Shown here: one piece after another, positions 29,417 through 39,260 of the stretch
Layout of the letters: each line of letters begins with the position of its first letter
How positions within the stretch are numbered: position 1 is the first letter of the stretch
Origin: an uncultured Planctomycetales bacterium
GTDB taxonomy: Bacteria; Omnitrophota; Gorgyraeia; Zapsychrales; JBDRMG01
Length of the DNA stretch: 64,000 nucleotides
Reading direction: 5' to 3'
Assembly: GCA_964478715.1 (NCBI GenBank)
Contig: CAYZIY010000011.1
Coordinates: 1,980-65,979, forward strand
Made by a program: the position numbers and the translations under genes
The notes under the pieces: model-generated
What the model was told of the DNA's origin: nothing
Database searches by the model: none
What the model saw: only the letters and a program-made list of their open reading frames with translations

Positions 29417-30255
29417 TCCAAAACCTTTCCCACAAAATACAACAATACGAAAGCGATCGCAAAGACCAGGAATCCGGAGAAATCATGCACAAAGCCTGTG
29501 GCATATTGCGCCCCCCAGATTTCCGAGACAAAAGATAAAAAAATCACACGGATCACATTGGTGATAATGGCGATAGGAATTGTTGAAAGAAACAGTATCG
29601 TTTTTTTCACCCAGCCGGTTGTCATCCAGTAGGCAAAAATGCTACCCAGCGCGGTCAATGAAATCAGAGAGCGTAGTCCGCTGCAAACATCATCGACGAC
29701 AACATGGGTATGGCGCATCTTGATGATGCTGCCTTCCCGGATCGCCAGGATGTTCATCTTATTGAGTATGACGGCTGCGATATGGGCGGCGAACAGTTTC
29801 ATTTTAAAGCTGATATTGCTGATTACAACCATCGGAAGCGGAATCATAAAAAACAAAAAAGCAATGGGAAACGCGACAATTTTTAATATCGCGAATCCGT
29901 AAAAATGAAGAATCAAGCCGATGAGAACAAAAAGCATGGAAAAACCGGACGTAAAATAGACGCGGAACAGAGAACTAAAAACATGGATAACCAGGCCTAT
30001 GATGATCAGCTTCAATCCCAGCGGAGATGATTTGATCTTGCACTTGGCCAGTTCATCTCTCTTTTGCCAAATGAGATAAATGCTGACGAAAGGAATTAAA
30101 ATTCCATGTGAATAATAGGAATCACGGGCAAACCACCTCTGCCACATCCAAAGAAACGTCGGAATATACATAATCAGAAAGACGGCGATGAGGATGAGTT
30201 CGGACTGGAAGTTTTTAGCCGTTTTGAGCAGGTTTTTAGTACTAAGCTTTTTCAT
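29413..30255 (-). CDS. exosortase (EpsH/Xrt family)
   Basis: 280 aa, ~8 TM helices, conserved active-site region VDDVCSGLRSL (Cys and Arg of exosortases). Confidence 0.75.
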   Translation of the reverse strand: MKKLSTKNLLKTAKNFQSELILIAVFLIMYIPTFLWMWQRWFARDSYYSHGILIPFVSIYLIWQKRDELAKCKIKSSPLGLKLIIIGLVIHVFSSLFRVYFTSGFSMLFVLIGLILHFYGFAILKIVAFPIAFLFFMIPLPMVVISNISFKMKLFAAHIAAVILNKMNILAIREGSIIKMRHTHVVVDDVCSGLRSLISLTALGSIFAYWMTTGWVKKTILFLSTIPIAIITNVIRVIFLSFVSEIWGAQYATGFVHDFSGFLVFAIAFVLLYFVGKVLE

Positions 30256-30511
30256 AATATTGCCTCAAGCCTCAAGTTACAGGCTGCAGACACATGCTTC
30301 AGGCTACTTGCCCCATATTTTTTCGATCTGTTTCTATGAACGTCTACTGCCAGTATATGGGCCATCTTATAAATATCTAAATCTCTGTAATTTTGCATTC
30401 ACTTTTACTTCTATATCTTGCAACCTGTGGTTTAAGTCACCAGTATTCAGCCTGTAAGCTTGCTGGCTGAATCTGTAGCCTGTGACTTGCAGCCTGCGGC
30501 AATAATTAATG

Positions 30512-31669
30512 TCAAACACTTCTCGCCTTCTCCCACCTGATCGACTGCCCCGACGAGAGATATTTGAGAAATCCCACCAGAGCCGAAAAATTCAATAAGC
30601 AAAACACGTAGGGCACATAGCAAAGCCATGCAATGGGTTTAAGCATACCATACTTTTTATCTCTTAACAAGTATCCGCACAGCGCCAGGATATAAAACAG
30701 AATCTGCAGCATCATGACTTCAAAATAACATCCAAAGATGGATGTCGCCAAAGGCATATTGACCAAAAATAAACCGATCATCAAAAAGGGAGCCGTCACC
30801 CTTAAAAATTTATGAGAGAAAAACTGGATAGCGATCGGGCTTTTGCCGGGATGAAAAAGATGGGCAAAAGCCCGGAACATCTGAAAATTCCCATAAAGTG
30901 TTCGTGTTTTCCGTCGGTGTTCTTCTTGTGGATTATCTGCAGGCTTATCATAAGCAATGGCCGAAGAATCAAAAATCGCCCGGTGACCCTTTTCGATTAT
31001 TTTAAGCGGAATATACATATCATCGAGAACAATATCTTCCGGAGGACTGCAAAAAAGTTTTTTTCGAATAGCATAAATTGCACCTGTTGCTCCAAGCATA
31101 GAATGAACTTTGCTTTCCGAGCTTCGCATCAACTTTTCATAATTCCAATACAAAGAAATCCCTCTGGATGTCGAACCTTTAGCAGATTTAAAAATAAGCT
31201 CACCACTTGCGCAACCTACTTTTGGATCCTCGAAGTTCTTTACTAGATTAGAGACGGCATTTGGATCAAATTCTTGTCTAGCATCTGTGAAAACAAGAAT
31301 CTCTCCCTTTGCTCTGCTGACAAGATTGTTAAGAACGCTAATCTTTCCTCTTCGATTTTTTTTATCTATAACTACTATGTTATCGGCTATGTTTTTCTTG
31401 ATAATCGATGCGGTATTGTCGCTGCAGCCGTCGCATCCAATGAGGATCTTGAGTTTACCTTTTTTATACTTGAGGCTCTCAAGATTCTTAATCTTATTTT
31501 CAATGACATCAGCTTCATTGTAAACCGAGATGAGGATCGAGACACTTGGCGTGATCTCTCCTCTCTCTACTTCCTTCTCTTGATAAAAAGAAAGTATCCA
31601 GATTCCAAGAGGATATCCGAAATAGCAATAAATCAATAAGATCAAAAACAACCAAAACAAGAAGCTCAT
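30512..31669 (-). CDS. glycosyltransferase family 2 (membrane-associated, processive-type)
   Basis: VSILISVYNE...DGCSDNT GT-A motifs, C-terminal TM helices. Confidence 0.7.
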   Translation of the reverse strand: MSFLFWLFLILLIYCYFGYPLGIWILSFYQEKEVERGEITPSVSILISVYNEADVIENKIKNLESLKYKKGKLKILIGCDGCSDNTASIIKKNIADNIVVIDKKNRRGKISVLNNLVSRAKGEILVFTDARQEFDPNAVSNLVKNFEDPKVGCASGELIFKSAKGSTSRGISLYWNYEKLMRSSESKVHSMLGATGAIYAIRKKLFCSPPEDIVLDDMYIPLKIIEKGHRAIFDSSAIAYDKPADNPQEEHRRKTRTLYGNFQMFRAFAHLFHPGKSPIAIQFFSHKFLRVTAPFLMIGLFLVNMPLATSIFGCYFEVMMLQILFYILALCGYLLRDKKYGMLKPIAWLCYVPYVFCLLNFSALVGFLKYLSSGQSIRWEKARSV

Positions 31670-31670
31670 T

Positions 31671-32480
31671 TTATTCCTTTACAATTGCGATAATCTGATC
31701 CGAAAGACGTTTATGGTAAATTGTTAGGAAACAACTAACAACGTAACTTCCGAGCAATGCAATGATATCGTTTGTTTTGAGAATCTTATTGAAGAAAAGC
31801 AAAATACCACCGTGAATGAGAAAGAATGAATAACAATGCGATTGCACAAGAAATAGGGCTCTGTTGAATGCATGCATCCTTTCTTTTGGTTTAATCTTTA
31901 AGACTCGAAATCCCGAGAAAAATTGTCTAAATAGAAATCCGCCAAAGAAAAAGATGTAAAAGAAATCGCTGCTTGGAACCAGTATTAAGAAGGCAAAGAA
32001 GCCTGTGACCATCAGAACGCTTCTGTAGATGGCATTTTTAACAAGCATTAGTACAGTTGCAAAACAGTAAAGGATAAGAATGAGAGTGATGAACCAGGAA
32101 ATAACATAGACGGGATTCTCAATAAAAAGACTTAAACCCAGGAATGTCATAGCGTCTTTAAACAGCGACGAGGATTTGTAACCTATGAGTGCATTAATGA
32201 TTATCACTACCAGGATAACACTCCAGTAAGGAACTAAAATCTTCAAGAATCTTTTCTTAAGCCACTTGAGCGGTGAAATTTTATTTTGGAAGGCGAAGTA
32301 GCCAGAAATAAAAACAAAAGCATGGAGTCCGAAAACATCAAGGTTAAATGTTTCATAACCTCTTTGGCCGAGGAAGTGAAAAAGAAAGATTGCATTCATC
32401 GCGAACAGGCGAACCAAACTGGCCCAAAATATCGGTGACGAATCGAAGCTACTGCCTGCTTTCATTCCTTTACTTTTCAT
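31671..32480 (-). CDS. acyltransferase family 3-like membrane protein (EPS O-acylation candidate)
   Basis: Polytopic; FVFISGYF-type motif. Confidence 0.5.
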   Translation of the reverse strand: MKSKGMKAGSSFDSSPIFWASLVRLFAMNAIFLFHFLGQRGYETFNLDVFGLHAFVFISGYFAFQNKISPLKWLKKRFLKILVPYWSVILVVIIINALIGYKSSSLFKDAMTFLGLSLFIENPVYVISWFITLILILYCFATVLMLVKNAIYRSVLMVTGFFAFLILVPSSDFFYIFFFGGFLFRQFFSGFRVLKIKPKERMHAFNRALFLVQSHCYSFFLIHGGILLFFNKILKTNDIIALLGSYVVSCFLTIYHKRLSDQIIAIVKE

Positions 32481-33653
32481 TTAAAAAAGTCCTTTTAAAC
32501 TTTCCTGAATAGTATCCCATGAATACTTCTCTTGCGCCAGTTGTCTTGCGCTTATTTCGATCTTTTTGCGCTTCTGTTCATCAACAAACAGTTTGCCAAT
32601 TTGATCAGCAAAGCTTTTCGGATCATCTGCGATGAGGATGTTCTTATCGTGCGAAATATCAATTCCTTCAGCCCCTATCGATGTAGAAACGATGGCTTTA
32701 CCAAGAGCCATTGCTTCAAGAATCTTAAGCCTGGTTCCGGATCCGATTCTTAAAGGAACGACAAAGACATGATGTTCGCACACGGTTTGCTGAATGTTGT
32801 CCACAAAACCCAAAATAGACACGCTGGGATCATTTTTGGCTAATAATTTTATTTTCTTCGTAGGATTTTTGCCAACAATTGAAAAGCATGCATCGGGATG
32901 ATCTTTTTTCACAAGCGGATATATTTCTTCAAGAAAATAGCATGCTGCATCTTCATTAGGATGCCAGGCCATCAGCCCCACATAAATCAATGACTTGGGT
33001 CTATGCGGTGTCTCAGCTGGATAAAACTGTTCAAGATTAACCCCGTTTGGGACAACATCGACGGGCTTCTCTCCAATGCGGTTAATGATTTCTTGTCGAT
33101 CTATATCAGAGCACGTTAGAATTTGATCAAATCTTGACCACATAGAGGTCTCGAAGGTCTTTGTCTTGGCGTATTGGATTTTTGCAAAGCATTTCTTAAG
33201 GGGATTACTTTCAATCGCCTCATAGCGCTTAATAATACTAGATTCGATATTGTGCTCACAAAGAATTGACTTACATGGAAGCGGAAATTCAATATGAGAA
33301 GATTGATAAACTGAATCACACAGCACAAGATCTATTTCTTCAGATGCCATTACTTCCTTGATCTTAACAGCAAGATTGGATGAGGATACTCGAAGAACAT
33401 TGTAAGGAAGGTTTGAAAATACGCTTAGAAGAAGCAAAATAATCTTTTTGACATATGAAGCCGAGATTTTAGGCACAAGATGGATTTTTGCACACAGTGA
33501 CCCAATCTCCGGTTCGATCTCTTCCCTTCTTCCGGGACAGATTAAATGAATTTGGTTATTGGCTGCCAAACCTTTGAGAATATGAAAAGTGCGCATGCGG
33601 TGGCCATTGATCAAAGGGAAAGGCAATTCTTTTGTGATGAACAGTATGTTCAT
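32481..33653 (-). CDS. glycosyltransferase family 4
   Basis: GT-B fold, C-terminal E-x7-E region (EAMALGKAIVST). Confidence 0.75.
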   Translation of the reverse strand: MNILFITKELPFPLINGHRMRTFHILKGLAANNQIHLICPGRREEIEPEIGSLCAKIHLVPKISASYVKKIILLLLSVFSNLPYNVLRVSSSNLAVKIKEVMASEEIDLVLCDSVYQSSHIEFPLPCKSILCEHNIESSIIKRYEAIESNPLKKCFAKIQYAKTKTFETSMWSRFDQILTCSDIDRQEIINRIGEKPVDVVPNGVNLEQFYPAETPHRPKSLIYVGLMAWHPNEDAACYFLEEIYPLVKKDHPDACFSIVGKNPTKKIKLLAKNDPSVSILGFVDNIQQTVCEHHVFVVPLRIGSGTRLKILEAMALGKAIVSTSIGAEGIDISHDKNILIADDPKSFADQIGKLFVDEQKRKKIEISARQLAQEKYSWDTIQESLKGLF

Positions 33654-33682
33654 TGGAGCATGTCGATGGCTTTCTTCTTCGC

Positions 33683-34792
33683 CTATATAAGAAGATTAAG
33701 AAATTCCAAAGCAGGAGCGGCGCGAATTCCTTCAGGGGTGATGTAGTTCTTTTTGCCCGTAGCATGGATTTGCCAGGCTTCGGATTTCGGAAACTTGTTT
33801 TTTAGATACTTCAATGATTTACTGATTGCATCATCCGAGTATTTGCATTCAATTAATGTGACTGGAGAATTGTTTTCAACAATGACAAAATCGACTTCCC
33901 GTCCGTCGATATCCCGGAAATAGCGAAGATCAATATCGCGTCCTTTAGTGTCCTGCTCATAATGAATCCATTTTAAAAGATGTGATGCCACCAAATTTTC
34001 AAAGCGCTGCGGCCATTGCGGCACCAGAGACCAGTCAAAATGATAATGCTTTTGCTCTTTTTTGACGGCTCGGATCTTTGGTGCGCCAAAGGGGCTTAAT
34101 CGAAAGATCGCATAAATTCTTTCAAGCACGGCGATCCAGGACGAAAGCGTTTTATGGCTCACCTGGAGGTCTTCACGTAAGGCGTTTAATGAAAGCGGAC
34201 TCGCCACAAGATCTGGAAGGCGAATCATCAGGAGTTCCAGGCGGCCAAGATCCTGGATTCTTTCTAAAGAGAGAACGTCTTCGCGAATCAATCGATTGCG
34301 ATATTCCCGTGACCATCTTTTGGCTTCTATTTTTGATCCACCGAGAAAAGGTTCGGGAAAGCCTCCCAATTCAAGAAGAGACATGAAATCTTCTTGTTTC
34401 CTGATTTTTAGCTCTGCAACAGATAGCGGATGGAGACGCAGATAATGATATCTTCCCTGAAGAGAGTCTCCCCCAAATCGGTATAAATCCAATCTGGCGC
34501 TTCCGGTTACGAGGATTTTAAGGTTTTTTGGCGAAGCATCGTATAAACCTTTGAGATAATTACGCCAACCCCTATATTTGTGCAACTCGTCAAAAACAAG
34601 GAATTTAGCTGGTGGAAGCTCACGCTTGAGGATGAGCTCACGATGTTGTGCAATATCCCAATTCAGGTATCCTTTGAAATCTTTAAGAACGGCTTTAGCA
34701 AGGGTTGTTTTTCCGACCTGACGCGGTCCTCCGAGAAACACCATTTTTTTGGATAAATCGTGATTAACTTGAGAAGTCAGATAACGTTTCAT
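33683..34792 (-). CDS. AAA+ ATPase with C-terminal DUF4143 / PD-(D/E)xK-like domain (COG1373 family)
   Basis: Walker A GGPRQVGKTT, Walker B LVFDELH; C-terminal DIDGREVDFVIVE...IECK nuclease-like motif. Confidence 0.7.
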   Translation of the reverse strand: MKRYLTSQVNHDLSKKMVFLGGPRQVGKTTLAKAVLKDFKGYLNWDIAQHRELILKRELPPAKFLVFDELHKYRGWRNYLKGLYDASPKNLKILVTGSARLDLYRFGGDSLQGRYHYLRLHPLSVAELKIRKQEDFMSLLELGGFPEPFLGGSKIEAKRWSREYRNRLIREDVLSLERIQDLGRLELLMIRLPDLVASPLSLNALREDLQVSHKTLSSWIAVLERIYAIFRLSPFGAPKIRAVKKEQKHYHFDWSLVPQWPQRFENLVASHLLKWIHYEQDTKGRDIDLRYFRDIDGREVDFVIVENNSPVTLIECKYSDDAISKSLKYLKNKFPKSEAWQIHATGKKNYITPEGIRAAPALEFLNLLI

Positions 34793-34798
34793 GATTCA

Positions 34799-34827
34799 AT
34801 TATACAATGAATTTCCACCATAGTCAA
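34799..34827 (-). promoter_or_regulatory. consensus sigma-70 promoter (TTGACT-17-TATAAT) ending 6 nt before the ATPase ATG (leaderless transcript predicted)
   Basis: Minus strand ttgactatggtggaaattcattgtataat tgaatc ATG. Confidence 0.4.
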
Positions 34828-34893
34828 ATTTACTCGCGTGTATTCTTGACAGTACTCAAAAACAATAATTATTGTATTTTCGTACTCTTTAAT

Positions 34894-36012
34894 CTATTTA
34901 GTGAGTTGAGCGTATAAGTCAAAATATTGCTTCGCCATGGTTCGGGCAGAGAATTTCTCTTTAACAAGTTCATGTCCCTTCAATGCCAGTTTACGTGCCT
35001 TTTCTTCGTTTTCAATTAAATCTTCAACAGAATTGGCGATGCTTTGGGGGCAACTATGTTCGATTAAAAAACAATGTTCGCCGTTTTTGACAATGGAAGG
35101 AATGGCGCCTACTTTTGTGGTCACAACAGGCAGTTGGCAGGCCAGCGCCTCCAGCAAGACAAGCGGAAGTCCTTCTCTTAATGAGGGCAAGACAAAGATG
35201 TCAAACGCTTTGTAATAATCCTGAATATTTTCTCCGATTCCCGCAAAAACCACATTTCCTGAAATGCCTAATTTTTGTGCACGCATCTCAAGCAGGTGTC
35301 GCATATCCCCTTCTCCCACAAGCAAAAAGGTTGTATTGGGATGGGCTTCTATAATTTCTCTGGCCGCATCCAGAAGAAAAACCAAGCCTTTTTGAACACT
35401 CAGACGTCCGACATAGCCGATTATGCGGTGACCTAAGGGGATATTAAATTTTTCGCAAATTATTTTTTTATGGTCCTTCTCATTAGAAGAAAATTTATCC
35501 AGATCGATTCCGTTGTAAATGGTAACGGACTTCGATTTAACAAGAAGTTCTGAGCGAATCTCCTTTGAAATAGCGTCCGATACCCCGATAACGGTATGGA
35601 AGAAATTCATAAGCAGTCCATCAAGAAACTCGTAGCAGAGCAATTTTTTACTCTCTTTAGTCCACAAATGATTGGTGGCAAAAAGTTTTGCCGGTGTGAA
35701 TCTGGCCGCCAGCCATCCGTAAAAATCAGCCTTGTAATCATGACAGTGAACAATATCGATTCCATTGTTTTTGATGATTTTCCTGATGGTCGATACGCAG
35801 GAGAAATCGATCTTTCCTTTGCAGTCACAAGGAAAAGCCTCAATGCCGCAATTTTCTGCTTCGCGCACCAGCTCATCATGCGGATTTGAGGTACTGCGCA
35901 AACAAGCGATCAAGCATTCGACATCTTTTTCTTTCAGCTCTTTGCAGAGATTTAAGATGACGCCTTCAGCGCCGAAAAAACCACCAGAACTTCGTAGATG
36001 TAATATTTTCAA
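34894..36012 (-). CDS. glycosyltransferase family 4
   Basis: GT-B; ...REGLPLVLLEALACQLPVVTT. Confidence 0.75.
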   Translation of the reverse strand: MKILHLRSSGGFFGAEGVILNLCKELKEKDVECLIACLRSTSNPHDELVREAENCGIEAFPCDCKGKIDFSCVSTIRKIIKNNGIDIVHCHDYKADFYGWLAARFTPAKLFATNHLWTKESKKLLCYEFLDGLLMNFFHTVIGVSDAISKEIRSELLVKSKSVTIYNGIDLDKFSSNEKDHKKIICEKFNIPLGHRIIGYVGRLSVQKGLVFLLDAAREIIEAHPNTTFLLVGEGDMRHLLEMRAQKLGISGNVVFAGIGENIQDYYKAFDIFVLPSLREGLPLVLLEALACQLPVVTTKVGAIPSIVKNGEHCFLIEHSCPQSIANSVEDLIENEEKARKLALKGHELVKEKFSARTMAKQYFDLYAQLTK

Positions 36013-36057
36013 TCAGACCTCCCCTGCTCAAAGGTTTTGAGTTTTGAGTTTTGGGTT

Positions 36058-38076
36058 TTAATCTTCCTTCAATACTATTTCCGCCAACTCTCTCCTCGCC
36101 TCTTCCCAGACATCCGGATCGGTAGACCAACTGATGTCCGCATGAACATACGACGGATCCTTAGGGTCGGTGACACCCACTTCCCAGAGCACTTTGGGGA
36201 TCATTTCATTGACAATTTCTTTCACTCCCTGAGGATCAATTTTGGCGGCCATGGTCAGATAATCCACATCCTGAATTCCGCGGCGCCAGTGTTTAAGCCG
36301 CAAACTGGCAATAGGCCCATCCAGCCCATAATCTTCTCTGCGGAATCGCTTTTCTGTGCCGGGATAGAACAGAACGCCGTCACCGTTGCTATAATCCGAA
36401 CCGGTTTCTCCGTATTTCGCGTGCCGTTTATCCCATTTCCGGCCAAAGGTCCAGGCACTTTCAAAAACATTGGTTTCATGATTCGCATGCGAAGGATTTC
36501 GATAAGATGTGGAGTGCCAATAAAACCACCGGGCAATTTTATGTTTAAATTGGGTCCATCCGACAACGCGCAGGGCCACACCGTCATCCTCAATGGCAAA
36601 AGATCCGGTCGACGGCCGCCATCCGTTATAAGCCCAGTAATCTTTTCCTTCTCTTTGGTAATTTTTAACGATTGGGCCAAAGACATCCGCATCGCCCCAG
36701 CCGGTAAAAGCGATATCAACTGAGGGCATGTGCTTTTCGACTCTTGGAAGAAGACTTGTGGCAAGTGTTCTTAAGCGTTTCCCTTGTTCAGGATTTTCAT
36801 CAATCCAATGGGCCCACCGCTCCACATCATCAAAACTTTTTGATCGAGGCTCATCCAGTAAATAAAGGAAATATTCCACTTTTGGCGCATATCGCTTAAA
36901 CCACTCCACCCAGAGATTGCTTAGGAGCCATAAGTCCCGCTTATTATCTTCATTCCATTGACGCCTCCATGCTCCATAGGTCCCGATGGAATACACATTG
37001 CTTGTTGATGCCTTGCCCGGACCGTCATAGCCGTTTTTTTGAGAAAAAGCGTCACCGCTTAATACATCCACCCATTTTTTGGTATGATCATCAAACCTCT
37101 CATCAGTATTGCTGGGCTCTATCCCCATGCCGGGATCAATGAGGGAAATTTTATGACGATGCGCAACCTTATGATGATTAAGCCAGATTCGATCCAGTCT
37201 TTTTTTATCCTGTTTGCTGACTTTACTCCAGTTAGGCCACCTCTCTCCATAATAGCGGTCACGGATATCTTCATCCTGGTAATAAAGCATGGTTTTCGCA
37301 TGGGGTAAATCTGGCAAAGCAAAATTTAAAACCTCAAGCTGAACAGGAATTGAAACATCTTTTTCTGTCGCTGACTTTACAGTAAGAATGCCTTTATAAA
37401 AACCCTGATCGAGATCCTTTGGAATATAGATATCAATCCAGATGCTCTGGTTATTTTCCTTTTTTATGTCAAAGGCGCCGACAGCTTCGATAGGAACGGC
37501 GATGTCGGGATAAAATTTATTCGCATTGGGGCGGTTTTCAAAGCGGCCGCGGGACTTTCCTTTAGGTAATTTATAAGGCAGGCGTAATTTTTCGGGGACA
37601 TGTCTTTCATCATATTCGGGACGGTACAGAAGACGCGTCAGCCCTTTGATTTGCAGATAACGGATATAAAAAAGCTCAATATTACGATCCACAAAATCAA
37701 ACACATTATTTTTCGGGACTTTTTTAGAGCTTATCGTTTGACCGCTGTCGTTTTCCAAATGATCAAAAATAATATGGACATCCTGCAGATCCCTGCGCGG
37801 GGCCTCGATAATCAGATTGAAGGCAATCACCTCATTGCGGGCGCCGAAAAGACGGATTCTCTCCCCGTCCCAAATGCTGTTGGTGACGTCTTTTCCTCTG
37901 GCGGCTCTCAGCTCATCCCGGGTGACCTTATCTTCCCCATTGTTGGCCCAGATTTCAATTGGCCGGCTGAACACAAGACTCTTAATCGGTTTTTCTTTTG
38001 AAATCCCGACAAGGGCGATGAAAAGCCCTAAAAGCAAGATAAAAATTCCTAGAAGTCTATTTCTGTCTTTTTTCAT
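36058..38076 (-). CDS. large membrane-anchored hypothetical protein (possible DUF4091-like glycoside hydrolase/EPS-processing enzyme)
   Basis: 672 aa, N-terminal TM anchor, Trp/Tyr-rich extracytoplasmic domain; no recognisable catalytic motif. Confidence 0.3.
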   Translation of the reverse strand: MKKDRNRLLGIFILLLGLFIALVGISKEKPIKSLVFSRPIEIWANNGEDKVTRDELRAARGKDVTNSIWDGERIRLFGARNEVIAFNLIIEAPRRDLQDVHIIFDHLENDSGQTISSKKVPKNNVFDFVDRNIELFYIRYLQIKGLTRLLYRPEYDERHVPEKLRLPYKLPKGKSRGRFENRPNANKFYPDIAVPIEAVGAFDIKKENNQSIWIDIYIPKDLDQGFYKGILTVKSATEKDVSIPVQLEVLNFALPDLPHAKTMLYYQDEDIRDRYYGERWPNWSKVSKQDKKRLDRIWLNHHKVAHRHKISLIDPGMGIEPSNTDERFDDHTKKWVDVLSGDAFSQKNGYDGPGKASTSNVYSIGTYGAWRRQWNEDNKRDLWLLSNLWVEWFKRYAPKVEYFLYLLDEPRSKSFDDVERWAHWIDENPEQGKRLRTLATSLLPRVEKHMPSVDIAFTGWGDADVFGPIVKNYQREGKDYWAYNGWRPSTGSFAIEDDGVALRVVGWTQFKHKIARWFYWHSTSYRNPSHANHETNVFESAWTFGRKWDKRHAKYGETGSDYSNGDGVLFYPGTEKRFRREDYGLDGPIASLRLKHWRRGIQDVDYLTMAAKIDPQGVKEIVNEMIPKVLWEVGVTDPKDPSYVHADISWSTDPDVWEEARRELAEIVLKED

Positions 38077-39260
38077 GAATCAACATCTTTCCATTGTTTA
38101 ATAATAGCATCTACAGCCCCTTGAATGCTGTATTCTTTCGATTTTTCAATGCTGTTTCGCCCCATTCTCTTAATTTCTTGCGGGTTACCCAGCAATAGTT
38201 TTACTTTTTCTCCCAAAGATGAGATATCTCCGGCTTCCACCAAATAACCATTATAGCCGTCCCGGACCATATCAGGAATGCCGCTGATTTTGGTGCTGAT
38301 AATCGGCAGCCCGCTGGCCATCGCCTCCATGATGCTGACCGGACTGCCTTCCAGATAACTGGGAAAGACAAAGACGGATGTGTGATGATAATAGTGGCTT
38401 AGGTCATTGTTGTGAACGGCGCCGGTAAATGTTATTTCTTTTTCTAGATTGAGATTGTTGGCCTGTGATTTAAACTCTTCCCTATCTTGACCTTCTCCAA
38501 CAATGGTGCAGTGGACATCAAGGCCTTGCGATTTAAGGTTAGCGACGCACTGAATAAGATCTGCAATTCCTTTATGCTTTACCTGTCTTCCAACAAAAAT
38601 GATCTTGTTTTTTGGGTAAGATCTGATTCCTTTGGAGTGAAACTTCTTAATATCAATTCCTGTTGTGTTGACAATTGTTTTTTTGTTGGAAAAGAAAAAA
38701 TTCTTATCTATGTTGTCTTTTAGCTCGCTTGAGACCGCAAAACATACCTGACAATGCTTGATGACTGGCTCGAAACTTCTTTTTCTAAACAAAAGATTCC
38801 CGGTTCCTCCATTGTGGAATGAAAATGGGATGCCGGTAAGCCGCGAGGAGAGCATAGCAATAACGGTTTGTCCCTCAGCAAAATAGCAATGAATATGATC
38901 AGGATTTTGCTTCTTGATATTGATTGCGATCCAAAGGTATTTTAAAAAAATTTTCCAGTTAATCTTACGAGCAAAGACATCGACAAGGATGGACTCATAG
39001 ATCGATAATTTCGAAAACAAAAATATTATATGCGCCATAACCGCTCTGCCAAATGTTGTTTCCTTTTTTATATAGAAAACGGGACATTCAAGATAGTGTT
39101 CTTTTTGGAATACAGATTGATTTGATGGCTCATTAAGGGAATAAATGACAACACTGATACCTCTTCGCTTTATCTCAATAATTTGGCTAGCAATAAAGGA
39201 ATTGGAGATTTTTGGAAACTCACCGACGAAATAGGCGATGTTTTTAATTTCTTTCTTCAT
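38073..39260 (-). CDS. glycosyltransferase family 4
   Basis: GT-B C-terminal motif FPSYLEGSPVSIMEAMASGLPIIST. Confidence 0.7.
   Translation of the reverse strand: MKKEIKNIAYFVGEFPKISNSFIASQIIEIKRRGISVVIYSLNEPSNQSVFQKEHYLECPVFYIKKETTFGRAVMAHIIFLFSKLSIYESILVDVFARKINWKIFLKYLWIAINIKKQNPDHIHCYFAEGQTVIAMLSSRLTGIPFSFHNGGTGNLLFRKRSFEPVIKHCQVCFAVSSELKDNIDKNFFFSNKKTIVNTTGIDIKKFHSKGIRSYPKNKIIFVGRQVKHKGIADLIQCVANLKSQGLDVHCTIVGEGQDREEFKSQANNLNLEKEITFTGAVHNNDLSHYYHHTSVFVFPSYLEGSPVSIMEAMASGLPIISTKISGIPDMVRDGYNGYLVEAGDISSLGEKVKLLLGNPQEIKRMGRNSIEKSKEYSIQGAVDAIIKQWKDVDS

Noticed and set aside
36037-36723. 228-aa plus-strand ORF (and other plus-strand ORFs such as 19319-19912 and 1897-2397)
   Set aside because: Each lies entirely antisense to a long minus-strand gene that has clear domain content. 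They have no motifs and low-complexity composition, and are interpreted as shadow ORFs.
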